A stretch of DNA of 63,238 nt, counting the filler, from Collodictyon triciliatum (lineage: Eukaryota): the NCBI GenBank assembly GCA_043381765.1. It is 6 parts of 6 records of this genome, joined end to end, with 100 filler letters (N's around TTAATTAATTAA, not from the genome) between each part and the next. Parts side by side here need not be neighbours in the genome. Positions count along the whole stretch, not along the records: positions 29,221 to 44,629 come from JBHJMP010000253.1; positions 44,730 to 50,176 come from JBHJMP010000254.1; positions 50,277 to 60,998 come from JBHJMP010000255.1; 3 more parts are not named here. One strand, written 5' to 3'. Position 1 is the stretch's first letter; the number at the start of each line of letters is the position of its first letter. Positions 38,299 to 55,576 of the stretch are shown here, piece after piece. The notes under the pieces were generated by a model. It was not told the DNA's origin. It did not search any database and was given only the letters and a program-made list of their open reading frames with translations. The position numbers and the translations under genes were made by a program.

Positions 38299-38748
38299 TC
38301 GGTCCTCTGTTTAGCAGATTTCCGCTTCTTGGCTGGGATGATGAAGCTGAAGGGAAGGAGAGAATACCTAGTCAAATTAAAAGCAATTGGCACTAGATAT
38401 TCTTCCGCATGATTTAGTATTGACATGTGACCCTAATGAACGTCCCCAAAATGACAATGCAAAAGAAAACCCACCAATAATCCAACCCAAATATTCATAA
38501 CCGTATGATTATATGGAGGGTGGTGATAGAAGTGAAGAGAAAAAGAAATAGAGGCACATGAGAAGACGCATGATTTAATCATGAACGGAACGCATACACC
38601 TACATATATATATATATGCAATCCTTCACAACTTTTGTCATTTATTTAGTATCTGGAGCAGGCTATGTATGTATCTGGCCATCCTTCGAACGACGTAGGT
38701 TGCTGGCGAAGTAACGAACCCAGTTTTTCGCTAACCTGAGGGTCTTGG

Positions 38749-43451
<4,703 letters not shown>

Positions 43452-43566
43452 TTCTTTGTGGAAGGATCATTCAAAAAGAGTGAGCAAATGCTGAGAGAAA
43501 GAAAAGCACTATGATAGAAGAAGAAAAAAAAGAAAGAAAAAGAAAGAAAAAAAAAGAAAAAAAAAG

Positions 43567-43661
<95 letters not shown>

Positions 43662-44257
43662 AAAGAAAAAAAAGAAAGAAAAAAAAGAAAAGAAAAAGAA
43701 TAGAAAAGAAAAGAAAAGAAAAAGAAACAAGTGAAAAGAAACAAGTAAAAGAAATGAAAGATAAAATGAAAAGAAAAAATGAAAAGGAGGAAGGAGGAAG
43801 AAAGAGATCTTGCTGCAGTGGGAATGTCTTTTGTAGCAGCCGGCTCTCCAGGTGACACTTGTCGAATCGACACAAAAGTTTCAGTGGTCATCCGAAGAAT
43901 ATATTTATATCTGGAAACTATGTAATATATTTTAATATTATGTTAAAAATGCTTGTAAACCCGTTAGATAGACTTAATTATATATTTATACACTAATTAT
44001 AACATAGATAGTATATATACACGATCACTGTGACAAGTGCTTCTATTTTCCATGAATAGAAGCGGGATATTTATGTATACCTTCTCTCCTTGTATTTTTG
44101 TTCCTATTTTTATTCGATTGGAAGATGTTCCCACCTTGTTGACTCGCAAAACCGACATCGGAGTCAACTTTTTTTCTCTCACAAACACCTGGGCAACCTT
44201 TAAATAGCCAGCCCGAAAACTGAGAAACCTCACCACAGCGCTTCCTACACTGATAGG
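43452..44257. promoter_or_regulatory. Probable bidirectional promoter / 5' UTR region between divergent ALDH4A1 and the alcohol-oxidase-like gene
   Basis: Two start codons point away from each other about 800 bp apart on one contig; contains a long A-rich purine tract and an AT-rich core. No specific motif assigned. Confidence 0.5.
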
Positions 44258-44473
44258 ATGAGTCTGCCCGGCGGCTGGACCAATGATCAGTTTTCCCAAT
44301 TGACGGCCATTTGCGACACTTTCTTTCCGGCCTTTCCTGAAGAGGCTGAGAAGCATGAGAGCGGAGCTGTCCAGGAATACTTTCGTCGGTCAGCGGCAGA
44401 CTTGAAGCTTGCTCACGAAATAGCTCGAAAGATGAGTTATTTGAATGTTGACATGCAGAGTCAGCTCAAGTAC
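44258..44473 (+). CDS. First exon of a probable long-chain fatty alcohol oxidase (GMC oxidoreductase); the rest lies beyond the contig end
   Basis: MSLPGGWTNDQFSQLTAICDTFFPAF...QEYFRRSAADL resembles the N-terminus of plant/fungal long-chain alcohol oxidases (LxAICDTFxP...FFxRSASD). No catalytic domain is present in the window. Confidence 0.65.
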
Positions 44474-44673
44474 GTATAAACGACGCCTCTTTCGAATCCA
44501 TACCGTTATCTTCTTTGAAACTTTGCTCAACAAAGCAAAGCAAAGCAAAGCAAAACAAAACAAAACAAAACAAAACAAAACAAAACAAAACAAAACAAAA
44601 CAAAACAAAACAAAACAAAACAAAACAAANNNNNNNNNNNNNNNNNNNNNNNNNNNNNNNNNNNNNNNNNNNN

Positions 44674-44685
44674 TTAATTAATTAA
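44674..44685. other. Artificial contig linker TTAATTAATTAA
   Basis: Same linker in N padding. Confidence 0.97.
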
Positions 44686-44774
44686 NNNNNNNNNNNNNNN
44701 NNNNNNNNNNNNNNNNNNNNNNNNNNNNNAAATTTACAAACTCGACCAATAGTATCCGTATTAAAACTAACGAC

Positions 44775-47469
44775 TTGGTCCGGGGTGCGAGACATAAAGA
44801 GGAAATTGCCCACAAAATGCCCCCATCGACCTTTCATTTGTAGCACAGAGTAAAACTCCCACTGTTTTAACGGTCTTGCTTTGTTAACCTATGACATGTT
44901 TAGGTCGTAGTGTAAACATTTGCTTCGTTCTTTTGCTTCATCTTGATGAGGAGGTTTTCTGATGACATTTTACAGGTTGCACGAAATATCGTCGTCAAAA
45001 CATACTTTCCGATATGCTTTGAGAGTTTTGTAGAGAAATTGGATCTACCTGCGCAGTAAAGTAGCCTGTCTCTCTTTCAGGATAGACAGTATTGGTGATG
45101 TGAACTTTGGCCGAGTAGGACGGCAAACTGTTGTCCGCCACGAATTCTGGTACAACAAGCCGAATATTGAATCCTCTCCAGTAAGGCATGGGGAACAGAA
45201 TGTATCCTCCACAATTGTGTCGAAATCCTTATAATACGATGTTGATTTTGAAATAAGTAATTACTTGGAGTTTTCTTGAGTACGAACAACTCTAGTATCT
45301 TCATATTCATGAAAAATGAAAATTTAAGGGCTTTTGGACGTACCCACAGAAATACTGTTAACTTCATAGTCTCCGTTTTCGGTTCCAAAAAATACATCAA
45401 ACGGTGCTTTTATCTAAGAACATGATAAAATATACTTCCTAAATTATTAGAGCATAAAGCAAAGTTCCTAGTATTATTTTTTTTTGAAGAAAAAGGTCGA
45501 ATTTACAAGATATACACGTTGACGCGTGGTGGAAAGCGTCTGTATTATTTGGTTTTATTTTTTTAAAAGGTACCACATATTCGGATGTAATATTTCACCT
45601 TTATTTCACTCATTCCATCAAAAATAATCTAAAGCGAAATTTTATTTCAGTTTAAACTATACATATTTATAAATACACACCACATTAGTCTATTTCATTT
45701 TACCTCTAATTCGATGCTATTGTAGTGAATAGGTTGTGCATTTTCGAGATTAATGTATATAGCAACGATAGCTCCGGCTCCATCGTGAGATATTATTTCA
45801 TTTTTTCCATGGCTCAGCTTTAATGAATCCTTCTTCTAGATTGCATAGTAGAGGGTATTGATATATTCTCAAGGATGATATTCATCTATCCCAAGTGACG
45901 ATTGAAGATATTCGAACTATTATCGCTTTTATATCAGGTAATAATACATATGTGAAACACACAAAACAATAATAAAAACAATCAGGATGGATTATGTATA
46001 CTCTTTTAAGCATAAAACACATATTATTTATAAAAAAAATTTAGATGTACGTCTATAGTCTTGTGAATAGTCAAATTCGCGATTGGAGATGGACAGTCAA
46101 CAAATCTCTCGGCAAGGTAATTTGATGTAACTTTCAGTAACGACGAGACGTCTTCTTCACGCCCCGCAAATACCGGAAGAGGAACATCAGCCGCATCCAT
46201 ATTGTACCGATGATACGTAAAAGTATAGTATAAACCCATGCGATATAAATGCCGAGGCTCCTTTTGTTCTAGGTACTACAAAATTTTCATAGTAGAAATT
46301 ATGAATATTGAGGGTTGATTTCAAAAATGAATATGTTGCATTTTCAGCCAAAAGGCGAGAGAAAGAGGTGCTTATATGTATTCACTCATTCTATATTTCC
46401 TTTATGTGTTTTGAAAAAAAAGTAACAATAAATAATATGTATTCGACATCAAATAAAATAATAATATCTAAAAAAAGGACAACATAAGAAAATAAAAATG
46501 GGAGAGGTGATTGAATGGCCTTACGTTATACTTTGTCGTTTCCACAACAATGCGGCAGCTCTTCTTGAAGACGATGGGAACATACGAATAATATCCGTTG
46601 TACGGCTCGCCGCTGCCAGTCAAGGGGAAGAAGAAGGGCTTCTGCTGGCCACGTGCAATTTTGCGCAGCTGGATGCGGAGGACGCTTTGCCCGTCAACAA
46701 AGACATTAAGGAACCACGCAGACATGAGCTTTGTGTCCGCACCTGCAAAATTTATATATTTCCTTATGTATTTTTTTAGATGTCGATTTTATGTCTGGCC
46801 CACTTGGATGAGAAAAGAAGAAAGGAAGATGTAGATAGGCTGCCTCAAGATTTCCTCCCACTCCATCATTTCGGCATTGAGCTATGAGGCGTATGTATAT
46901 GCCAGTATAGATGAATGGAGGCATGAGGGCCGGGGAGAGACAGACCGCTTGTGAAGGCAAAGTACATGCGCTGGATGCAGCCTGCGCCGTGCTCGTCAAA
47001 GACAGTGACGTTCTTGTCCGTGATCACGAGGAAGTTGTTGAAGTCCTGCGGGCGATGGTGGGTCAGCTGCCGGTTGCTGTGGACGTGCAAGGAACAGGAT
47101 TGGGCGTGCAAACGGGCAGGCGAGGCAGAGACCAACCTGGTTGCTGTGGTCCACGTCGCCGCTGCTGATCTGCCGGGCCGAAACCCCGCGCCGGTGGAGC
47201 GGCAGCAGATGCGCTCGAAGCAGCCCGTCCGACTTGAGCAGCGAGTCAGGCGAGTCGAGTTCCAGGGTTTGTGGCGGGGTTTGTGGCAGGGTTTGTGGCA
47301 GGGTATGTGGCAGGGTTTGTGGCAGGGTTTGAGGCAGAGGCTGTGGCAGAGGCTGCACACACAGGCTGCGCTGTGGGAACAGATACGCCGAGAACGGGCA
47401 GAGAATCGGCAGCAGCAGCAGTGGCACGAGCCACTCCACGCGGATACGATACGTCGCCACCTTCTGCAT
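44775..47469 (-). CDS. DUF2961 / glycoside hydrolase family 172-like protein with N-terminal hydrophobic anchor and Pro/Thr/Gln stalk; 3' end beyond the contig
   Basis: Spliced product: ARQISSGDVDHSNQDFNNFL, VFDEHGAGCIQRMYFAF, NVFVDGQ, PFFFPL, GYYSYVPIVFKKSCRIVVE, then a second module HDGAGAIVAIYI, APFDVFFG, LFPMPYW, GYFTAQ, YSVLQMKGRWGHFVG. This matches the DUF2961 pattern GPGCIxRIW...YFPMPFxKSxRI...YFHA...GxGHFVG. Confidence 0.78.
47265..47352 (-). repeat. Coding 12-bp tandem repeat giving a (QTLP/QPLP)n stalk
   Basis: GTTTGTGGCAGG-type units on the plus strand; translation QPLPQPLPQTLPQTLPHTLPQTLPQTPPQTL. Confidence 0.9.
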
Positions 47470-47676
47470 AGCCTTCTGCACCGCCTTTCCTGTTTGTTTG
47501 TTTGTCTTGCCTTGTTTTTCGTTTTCTTTTTTGATTTTTGGAATCGTCGCCTGCTTCACGCCGATAATGTACCGGAGATCGCTGAATAGTCCGCATTTGG
47601 TATCGCTGAGCGGGTCTGTTTTTGCTTTATTGATGCCCGCCCGTTCGGCGCCTTCGGTGGGTCTGTCACGCTGGCT

Positions 47677-49814
47677 TCACTGGTAGGGCGGGTACGGGTA
47701 CTGGCTCGGATTCGGATATGCGTTGCTGCCGGGCCATCCTCCGGGCGTGTACGGCGGCTGTCCTCCTCCGAATCCTTGCAGGGTCCTGCGAGAATTGAGA
47801 TGAGAATTGAGATGAGATTTGGGATGAGAGTTGAGATGAGAATTGGGATGAGATTTGAGATGAGAATTGAGATGAGAATTGAGATGAGATGAGATGAGAT
47901 GAGATGAGATGAGATGAGATGAGATGAGATGAGATGAGATGAGATGAGATGAGATGAGATGAGATGAGATGNNNNNNNNNNNNNNNNNNNNNNNNNNNNN
48001 NNNNNNNNNNNNNNNNNNNNNNNNNNNNNNNNNNNNNNNNNNNNNNNNNNNNNNNNNNNNNNNNNNNNNNNAGATGAGATGAGATGAGATGAGATGAGAT
48101 GAGATGAGATGAGATGAGATGAGATGAGATGAGATGAGATGAGATGAGATGGGATGGGATGAGATGAGATGAGATGAGATGAGATGAGCTCTCAAACATG
48201 GTGAGTTTGCGTCGTTCGCCGTCTCGTGCCATGGTCCAGTCCGAGATGCTCTTATGCAATCCTTGTACGCTCTCTTGTGTGGCCGTGTAAAACTGCATGT
48301 TTATAGAAAGACTGTCAATAAATCAGATTCCTAAAATGAAGACGGTGCTTTGGTCGGTCGATCGTAATAGACGCAGGGAGGTAAAGTATTTCCATCACCT
48401 GGATTCCATTTCTAATAGAGGCAGAGAATAATTAGTCAGGCAAAGGAAAAGGGCATGAATAAAAGTCATCATAAATATTCCACATATAAATGTAATGTCC
48501 ACTCGGTGAAAAGCCCCTGCGCGTTGGAATGTAACACAAACCCAACACGCTTTTTGATCAATTCAAAACTGATGAGAGCCTTTTCAATCTGGTCTACGAC
48601 ATATGCGACGGGTCCAGCGGCCGGTGTCTCGCTTTTCTCGTCCAACGTATCTTGAATGGCCTTGTAACGAAATGTGATTAAACTTTTTTAAAAAAATAAT
48701 TTATTCAAAACAAATGCAGTAAAAAAAAAAAAAAGTAAAAAAAGTATAATAAAAAACATCAGCATGCGCCACATTTTAAGTTGCACTAAAACATTTTTCA
48801 TCGAAAAAATAAGGGGGAAAAAATAGTACCTTGATTTCTCCAAAAAATCTTGTGTGTTCGGCTCCTGTGGCTAATAATCGCTGGCGATACGGCTAGCCCA
48901 ATAGCGATGAAGCCATTTGACACTTAATCAATCACGAATGAAAATTTTCTTGTTGTATTTTCCAACAATAATAGTACTGAAAAAGAAATAAATAAAGTGT
49001 ACTTCATAAACCATGAGTCCTTCATTCACAACAGCTTCTGTGGACTGGAGAGTAACCAAATCAGCACGGTTGCGAATGTCATCCTAAAAGTTGATAATGG
49101 CGTATGAAGTTTTGACAGAATGAATCACGGAGAGGAGTTTCATAGAGTATTTACATTTTTACACAATTGTTTTCATTCGTAAAGCAAAAAGAAGAAAAAG
49201 AAAAGAAAAGAAAAATAAATAGGATAGCCTAATTGTGATTATTATCATTTTGCAAGAGAGTCTTTATATTTATGCAAAAATAGCAGAGTTCAGAATAAAG
49301 TAAGAAGGAATAGTGTGCATGTTTTTTTGAGGACGCAATATAGCAACCGTTTTAGAAAATTCAATCGCTTCGGATAAAATGGCTGCTCTGTCCTCTTTAG
49401 TCTTGCCGAGTGGCTTGAGCAAGATTTTAATTTGCTGGACTTTGCCATCCACTTCGCCTGGGTATATTAACAACAAACTTGAGATATGAAAAAACGCGAT
49501 GTTTTCTACAACTGGAAAAAAAAAGAATATGAATTGTTTATTTCTATGGCCGATTTACAAGGGAGAACATCCAAAATTTCAACTTACTGCTCTTGGTCAT
49601 TAGTTGCTGAGGCGCACCCGCCAAAATTTCTTGCTAATGCATGTTAATAATAATAGTTCATTTCCTTCATACTCCTTACTTAACGCCAAAATTACTTTAG
49701 TCTTATTTGAATTTTACTCACATATGATTTTTGAAGGCACTCAAGCTTCGGTAACTCCCTCCCCATGAATGCCACCAATGACTCATCAGCTTTACTTGCT
49801 TGGGCAAGACTCTC
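47677..49814 (-). CDS. ALIX/BRO1-family ESCRT adaptor, partial: V-domain C-terminal part plus short Pro/Tyr/Gly-rich tail
   Basis: ESLAQASKADESLVAF...KSYQEILAGAP, LGKTKEDRAAIL, and GNGIQFYTATQESVQGLHKSISDWTMARDGERRKL (compare ALIX EGxKFYxxL...DxVFARxxERxEL); tail GQPPYTPGGWPGSNAYPNPSQYPYPPYQ*. Confidence 0.82.
47790..48187. repeat. (GAGAT)n pentamer microsatellite with a degenerate 12-mer (GAGATGAGAATT) edge, in the last ALIX intron
   Basis: Directly visible; spans a 100-N gap. Confidence 0.95.
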
Positions 49815-49973
49815 CTAAAAATGATAATGTTGGAAAAATAAAACAAAATACTTGAGTACGCCTTATATTTCCATCACTCCGAAATGCATTAATACTATCT
49901 TTACCAGTAGCTAAATAATTATATATTCATAATGAAATGCTAAATGCATTTGTTGGCATGCAGTAAATGAAGT

Positions 49974-50069
<96 letters not shown>

Positions 50070-50176
50070 ATAATAAAAGGGATAATATGAATAATAGAAA
50101 TAGGGATAATAGGGATAATAGGGATAATAGGGATAATAGGGATAATAGGGATAATAGGGATAATAGGGATAATAGG
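49974..50176. repeat. (AAAG)n followed by (AATAGGGAT)n nonamer repeat at the contig end
   Basis: Directly visible; lies in an intron of the ALIX-like gene. Confidence 0.9.
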
Positions 50177-50220
50177 NNNNNNNNNNNNNNNNNNNNNNNN
50201 NNNNNNNNNNNNNNNNNNNN

Positions 50221-50232
50221 TTAATTAATTAA
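50221..50232. other. Artificial contig linker TTAATTAATTAA
   Basis: Same linker in N padding. Confidence 0.97.
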
Positions 50233-50276
50233 NNNNNNNNNNNNNNNNNNNNNNNNNNNNNNNNNNNNNNNNNNNN

Positions 50277-50366
<90 letters not shown>

Positions 50367-50442
50367 CTCTTTCTTGTCTTTTTTCTTTTTTACTTTCATG
50401 ACCTTTTTTGACTTTCTTGTTCTATTTTTTTTTTTTTTGCAG

Positions 50443-51408
50443 GGTCCAGGATATTCACAACCTGTCGAAATACACAGCCCCACAATTTTCCGAGCCTGTC
50501 CGCTCTATGCTCTCGCTTAATGATGGCGATTGGATTCTTTGGTCCAGGCATGTCATCATAGAACCATTACATTGAAATAGAGCCTTTTTAAGACGAGAAA
50601 TGTATAATTGAAAAGAAGAATAAATGAATAAAAAAAAAAGATGAAATTCATAGGTGAAATTTTTCTCGCTCAAAGGTACTATTTTATTCTATTTTTATTT
50701 CGTAAAAACCAAACTGCATACGTAGAGGAGACCCCATCCCCAGGAAAGGAATCAACTTGTCTCCTTCAGGTAATCACGAAGCATCCTCATCTTTTCTCAT
50801 CAAACGAAATTTATGGTATTAATGCAAGTATCTCTTCTAAGGGATAGGGGCTTTAATACTTGAAGCCAATATAATATAGAACAATATTTTATGCATAAGG
50901 AATGGGATTTTTACTTGTGTTTTTTGAACCCTTTCTTTTTTTTTCTCAGTTTCTTTTTTTAGTTTTGAGAAGCCGAAGAAACTTAGCCCAATCAATTTTT
51001 TTTTTATTTTTTAAGGAAAACGAAAGAAACACATCCGATGCATATGATTACAACATAACTGCACTGCACGTAGGCCCCATGACGGACCAGAAGGTGGTGG
51101 ACATGGCCATTAAGTTCACTGAGGTTCACTTCAGACAGGCCTTGAAGCCCAAAGCCTACAACTTTCTCCTCGACACCATCATCGACAAGGACGAGGGAAT
51201 GTTGATCATCTTCCGCAACTTCCATCACGACCACGAGCGATGCCTCAAAGAAGTGAAGCGGTATGTCCATCGTCGTCACGGAGTCCATCAAGTGATTAGG
51301 GCGTTCCCGCCAGCATTCTTTACGGATGTCGAAGATGACGACGAGAGGCGCCACAAGGAGGATTCCCAGGCCCAAATGGTCAACAACGCCACGACTGGCG
51401 ACTCATGA
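50443..51408 (+). CDS. 3' part of an unknown spliced gene
   Basis: Exon-like blocks at ~50443-50548 and ~50726-50816, and a GC-rich terminal exon (...PMTDQKVVDMAIKFTEVHFRQALKPKAYNFLLDTIIDKDEGMLIIFRNFHHDHERCLKEVKRYVHRR...GDS*). The exact splice path is unresolved and no family is recognised. Confidence 0.55.
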
Positions 51409-51413
51409 GAGCC

Positions 51414-51449
<36 letters not shown>

Positions 51450-52077
51450 GCAGCCTATGTGTCCCACGTCCCTCATGCCGCTTCCATCGCGCAATGCTTC
51501 CCCGCCAAAGCTGCCGAATTATTAAACGCGCCCTGTGCGAATTTCCAGTGGCCCGATGGGACAAAAGACTTGTGCTGCTGTGTTTTCCGGAGGTGCTCCG
51601 CTGATTTGACCACGGCCGGAAAGAACAGCGCAGGTGCCGGGAGAGTCTGTCGTGTCCGGGCGGGTGCGTGGTTGTGGAAAAAGAAGGAAAGAAGGAGAAG
51701 GAAAGAAAAGAAGCCATGTTTGTGTGTGTATGTAAGCGCGTTTCTTGGGCGGCCTGGAGGGTTGTGGCTTATGCTTGATCAAAAGAGAGGAAAATATTAG
51801 TCCGAGTTTGCATCTTCTCGTTTCGAATTATCTTTCCTTTCCTTTCCTTTTTTTTCCTTTCTTTCCTTTCTTTCCTTTCTTTCCTTTCGTTTCTTTCGTT
51901 TCTTTCGTTTCTTTCGTTTCTTTCGTTTCTTTCGTTTCTTTCGTTTCTTTCGTTTCTTTCGTTTCTTTCGTTTCTTCAAGTTTTCAGTTGATCTTGGAAG
52001 ATACCTATAGCAGCACTTTATGATGTCAAGTTAATCCTAGAGTCTACTATACTCGCTCGGTGGTACTTCGTGTCAGT

Positions 52078-55000
52078 ATGTCTGAGGGACAAATGCCTGT
52101 GCTTCTCGTAAGTTGAACATCACCTGCAACCTTCTTCTCCCTATCTTTCTCTCCCTCACTTTCTCTTTCTCTCTTATCCAATATTTATTGGCATTATTGG
52201 ACTTTTTCTGGAGTAGAAAAAGCACCGTCAAATATGAGAGGAGAATGTTGTATTATTTACCTTTATTTTGCTGGTACTTGTGTCAGTCGTAATACAGAAG
52301 CGAACGTTGTAAAGCATAGTTGTTGTAAACCTAACCAATAATGAAGCATACGCGCCATTCCGTCGATTTTATCTACCACTTGTGGATGACTTCTTTGCCA
52401 TTATTCAAGTATTTCGGTGATATTGTTATCATTTATTATTTACTTTATCGTCTTCCATAGGAGCGACTTTCAAAAATTCGATGGACTAAGTACACATCGT
52501 CCCTTCAGGCTTGTGACCATAAGGACAAAGTTCCCCTCGTCGCAATAGCTTACCAGCGACTGCTTCAGAATGGGTTACTTTCTGTCTGGAGATATTTCCC
52601 TCTTCCTCGAGATGGCGAAACCTCTTTGGACTCGATGAGAGCCTATCTTTGGATTTTTTGGCTAAGAGATGAGAATTTTTCTCAAGCACACGGTGATTTA
52701 TGCACCCAATATGGGCTTGGTATGATTGATGATTTTTTTTTCGGAACCATGGTATTAATATATGTGTATTAATTTCAGTATATTCATTGTTTTTGCTATT
52801 GAAAGTGAAGCTACCAAGTGCTCATTGTGCTCTCACCTTCCTCATGTGTATACTAGAATCCGTCGAATCTGGTGTGTTTTCAAATTTGAATGAATTCTAT
52901 GAATCTGAATGTTCTTCGCTTCTGTTAGCATCAATATACAATAATCTTGAAAGGTACTTGCCTCCTTACCGCTAGAATTATCTTTTAGATGATCCAAACC
53001 ATATCCAAATATCACATTCTATAAGAACCAGAAACTGCTGTGCTATTGATTTAAATTACATACTTTTTGCATCAAAGAATTCCTAATTTCTATCGAGAAA
53101 AAATGGCTGGTATAAAAAAAAATCCATTTCTTTTGAAAAAAATTCAAAAAAATAAAGAACTGAATTACATACGCTAGGATTTTACATCGCTCTAAATATA
53201 TCCGAATTGGAAGCTCTTTTGTAAAAATGCAACCAATGTCTTCTCAATCTATCCTTTGTGAGAAAGGGTTTGTATGAAATAATAATTACCAAGAATGAAT
53301 TGATCCACTTTATCTTTCAACCAAAACTATGTATGAACCCTTCATCTCGATTTATTTTGTGGTTAACTTGGGCCCATTTTCTTCTTAATTCTGCCATTGT
53401 TTGCGTTTGCTTTTACAAATTTGTATATCTATAAGTGAAATTTCTAGCTCACAGAAACTATTCTGTCATGTTTTTAACCCGGCATTTGCTATGGGCTTGT
53501 TTTAGAGACACAGACGGACTTCCTTCTTTTTCACTACAGCTATACTATGTGGGAGATTGTGTTGTTTGTGACGTAACTGTCCAAATTCTAAGGGTGACTC
53601 CAATCACGAAAGCTGTTTTAGACTATGTTGAAGAAATTCGCCTTTCCGGAAATGCTTTAAAAGCTCCGTCAGGTAAGCTAAAGAACTGACCAGTCCAGAT
53701 GAGCACAAGGGCATGATTGATTAAAAAAAAAAGCCTTTCTTTTTACTAATGTCTCACATACATCTTTTACAAGTTCTCATCGCACCATCCGGCATTCCTG
53801 GGATATTAAATCAGCCGCACAGGATAATTGATAGGCTTCACCAACAAAAAGTCGACTTCTGGAAAATCAACTATGAAATTGAGTTACCTGGGTCCCAATT
53901 TGATCCAAATGAACCGTGCATTCCGATGTATGTTGATGTCAATATTGGAGGCACATCAGTCATTTGCCCGACAGCTACTGTGTTTTGTGTAAATGAGACA
54001 ATGCCCCCGGCTTACATTAACATTGAGAAGTTGGCTACTTGTCTCCTGAATAATATGCATGGGTATGGCTCAATTTAAACGTTAAAAGCTTAAGGTATCA
54101 TTCGCGCCATTTTAGAAAACGAATTTTAAAAAGAAGTACACTCGAAATCAAAATTCTCATATGGTAACAACTAAAACCATAATTCTTTTAGTGATGGGCA
54201 AAACGATATTGTCGAAAGTATCTTGAAATTAGTTGAAGATTCGGTTGGTGGGCAACTGGAGCTAATGTCGGTACCAAATCATACACCAAACTCAAGTCAA
54301 GCACAACCATGGCCAATGTCGGATTCATTTTTACTTCCTGCAAGGTATACATGAATACTGTTTCATGGCATATGTGCCATGTTGTTTATGTTTTGTTTTT
54401 GGATTTTTTTGGATTTTTTTGGATTTTTTTGGATTTTTTTGTCCTCTGTCCTTTGTCCTTTGTCTTTGCATATACTTACATCAACTATAATCATAATGCC
54501 CATTCTATCATATAAAATATATCCTTTTTCCATTCAACTATTTATAGTATAAAACCAAAGCATATCTATCAATTTTAGAGAAATAAAATGTGCTTTTTAG
54601 ATCCAAGGTTTTAGAGTCACCACATTCTGACTCTGCTATCCATGTAAAGACTGAAAGCGGAACATGGGCCAGTGCTGGGGCGCCCGCATCTGATACATGG
54701 GTGTAAGGAACCAAATCACTAAGCAAAGCTATTGATTGAGATAAATGACTCCAAGCTGAAATAGTTTTCCTTCATTTTCGTGTATTTTTTCCCCTTGCTA
54801 TGATTTTTTAACCTGCCTTCTTTTGTTTTCTTATTCCTAAGCATGATAATTCCAATGCGCAATTTGATACAGAATTAACTGATAAATGCCATTATTATTT
54901 TATAGGCCGATAAGTACCCAGCCCCAAGAATCAAACATCTTTGGTAGCCGCCCAAATGAAAAGAAAAGTATGAATTTGGTGTTATTTTCCTTCCAAATTC

Positions 55001-55543
55001 GTATTTTAATGAGATGCAGTATTTTACTATTGCTATTATTATTTTTTTGTTATTCTTTCTTTGAATGTTGTGCAAGATGGTGGGAATGTTGGGATTGGTT
55101 TGCTAGCCAATTGTTCTTATTAGTGTTATTAGTGTTAGTATTTCTTTCAATCTGTGAAAGATGTCTGCCATATCATGTAATGTTTTACTTAATTGTTAAT
55201 TTCTACATGATAGTGTCCTTATCAAATGTCACAGATGACGATTTTGACTTCTTCAGCTCTGACATGAACCAAATTGGACAATTGGAGGGGAATAGTACTG
55301 ACAATCCATCAAGCTCGTTCACTCCTAATATTGCACCTTCTTTGGTAATTCTTGACCTAATCATGTAGCGTTGAGCAGAGTAAAGAAATTATTTTGATAT
55401 GGATTCGAACCTTTCCTTGTCTTTTCTCTTCTTCTTTTTCTTCNNNNNNNNNNNNNNNNNNNNNNNNNNNNNNNNNNNNNNNNNNNNNNNNNNNNNNNNN
55501 NNNNNNNNNNNNNNNNNNNNNNNNNNNNNNNNNNNNNNNNNNN

Positions 55544-55576
<33 letters not shown>

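Noticed and set aside
50099-50176. (AATAGGGAT)n as a telomere
   Set aside because: It lies upstream of an internal ALIX exon whose 5' exons are missing, and its unit differs from the other G-rich repeat, so it is probably intronic.
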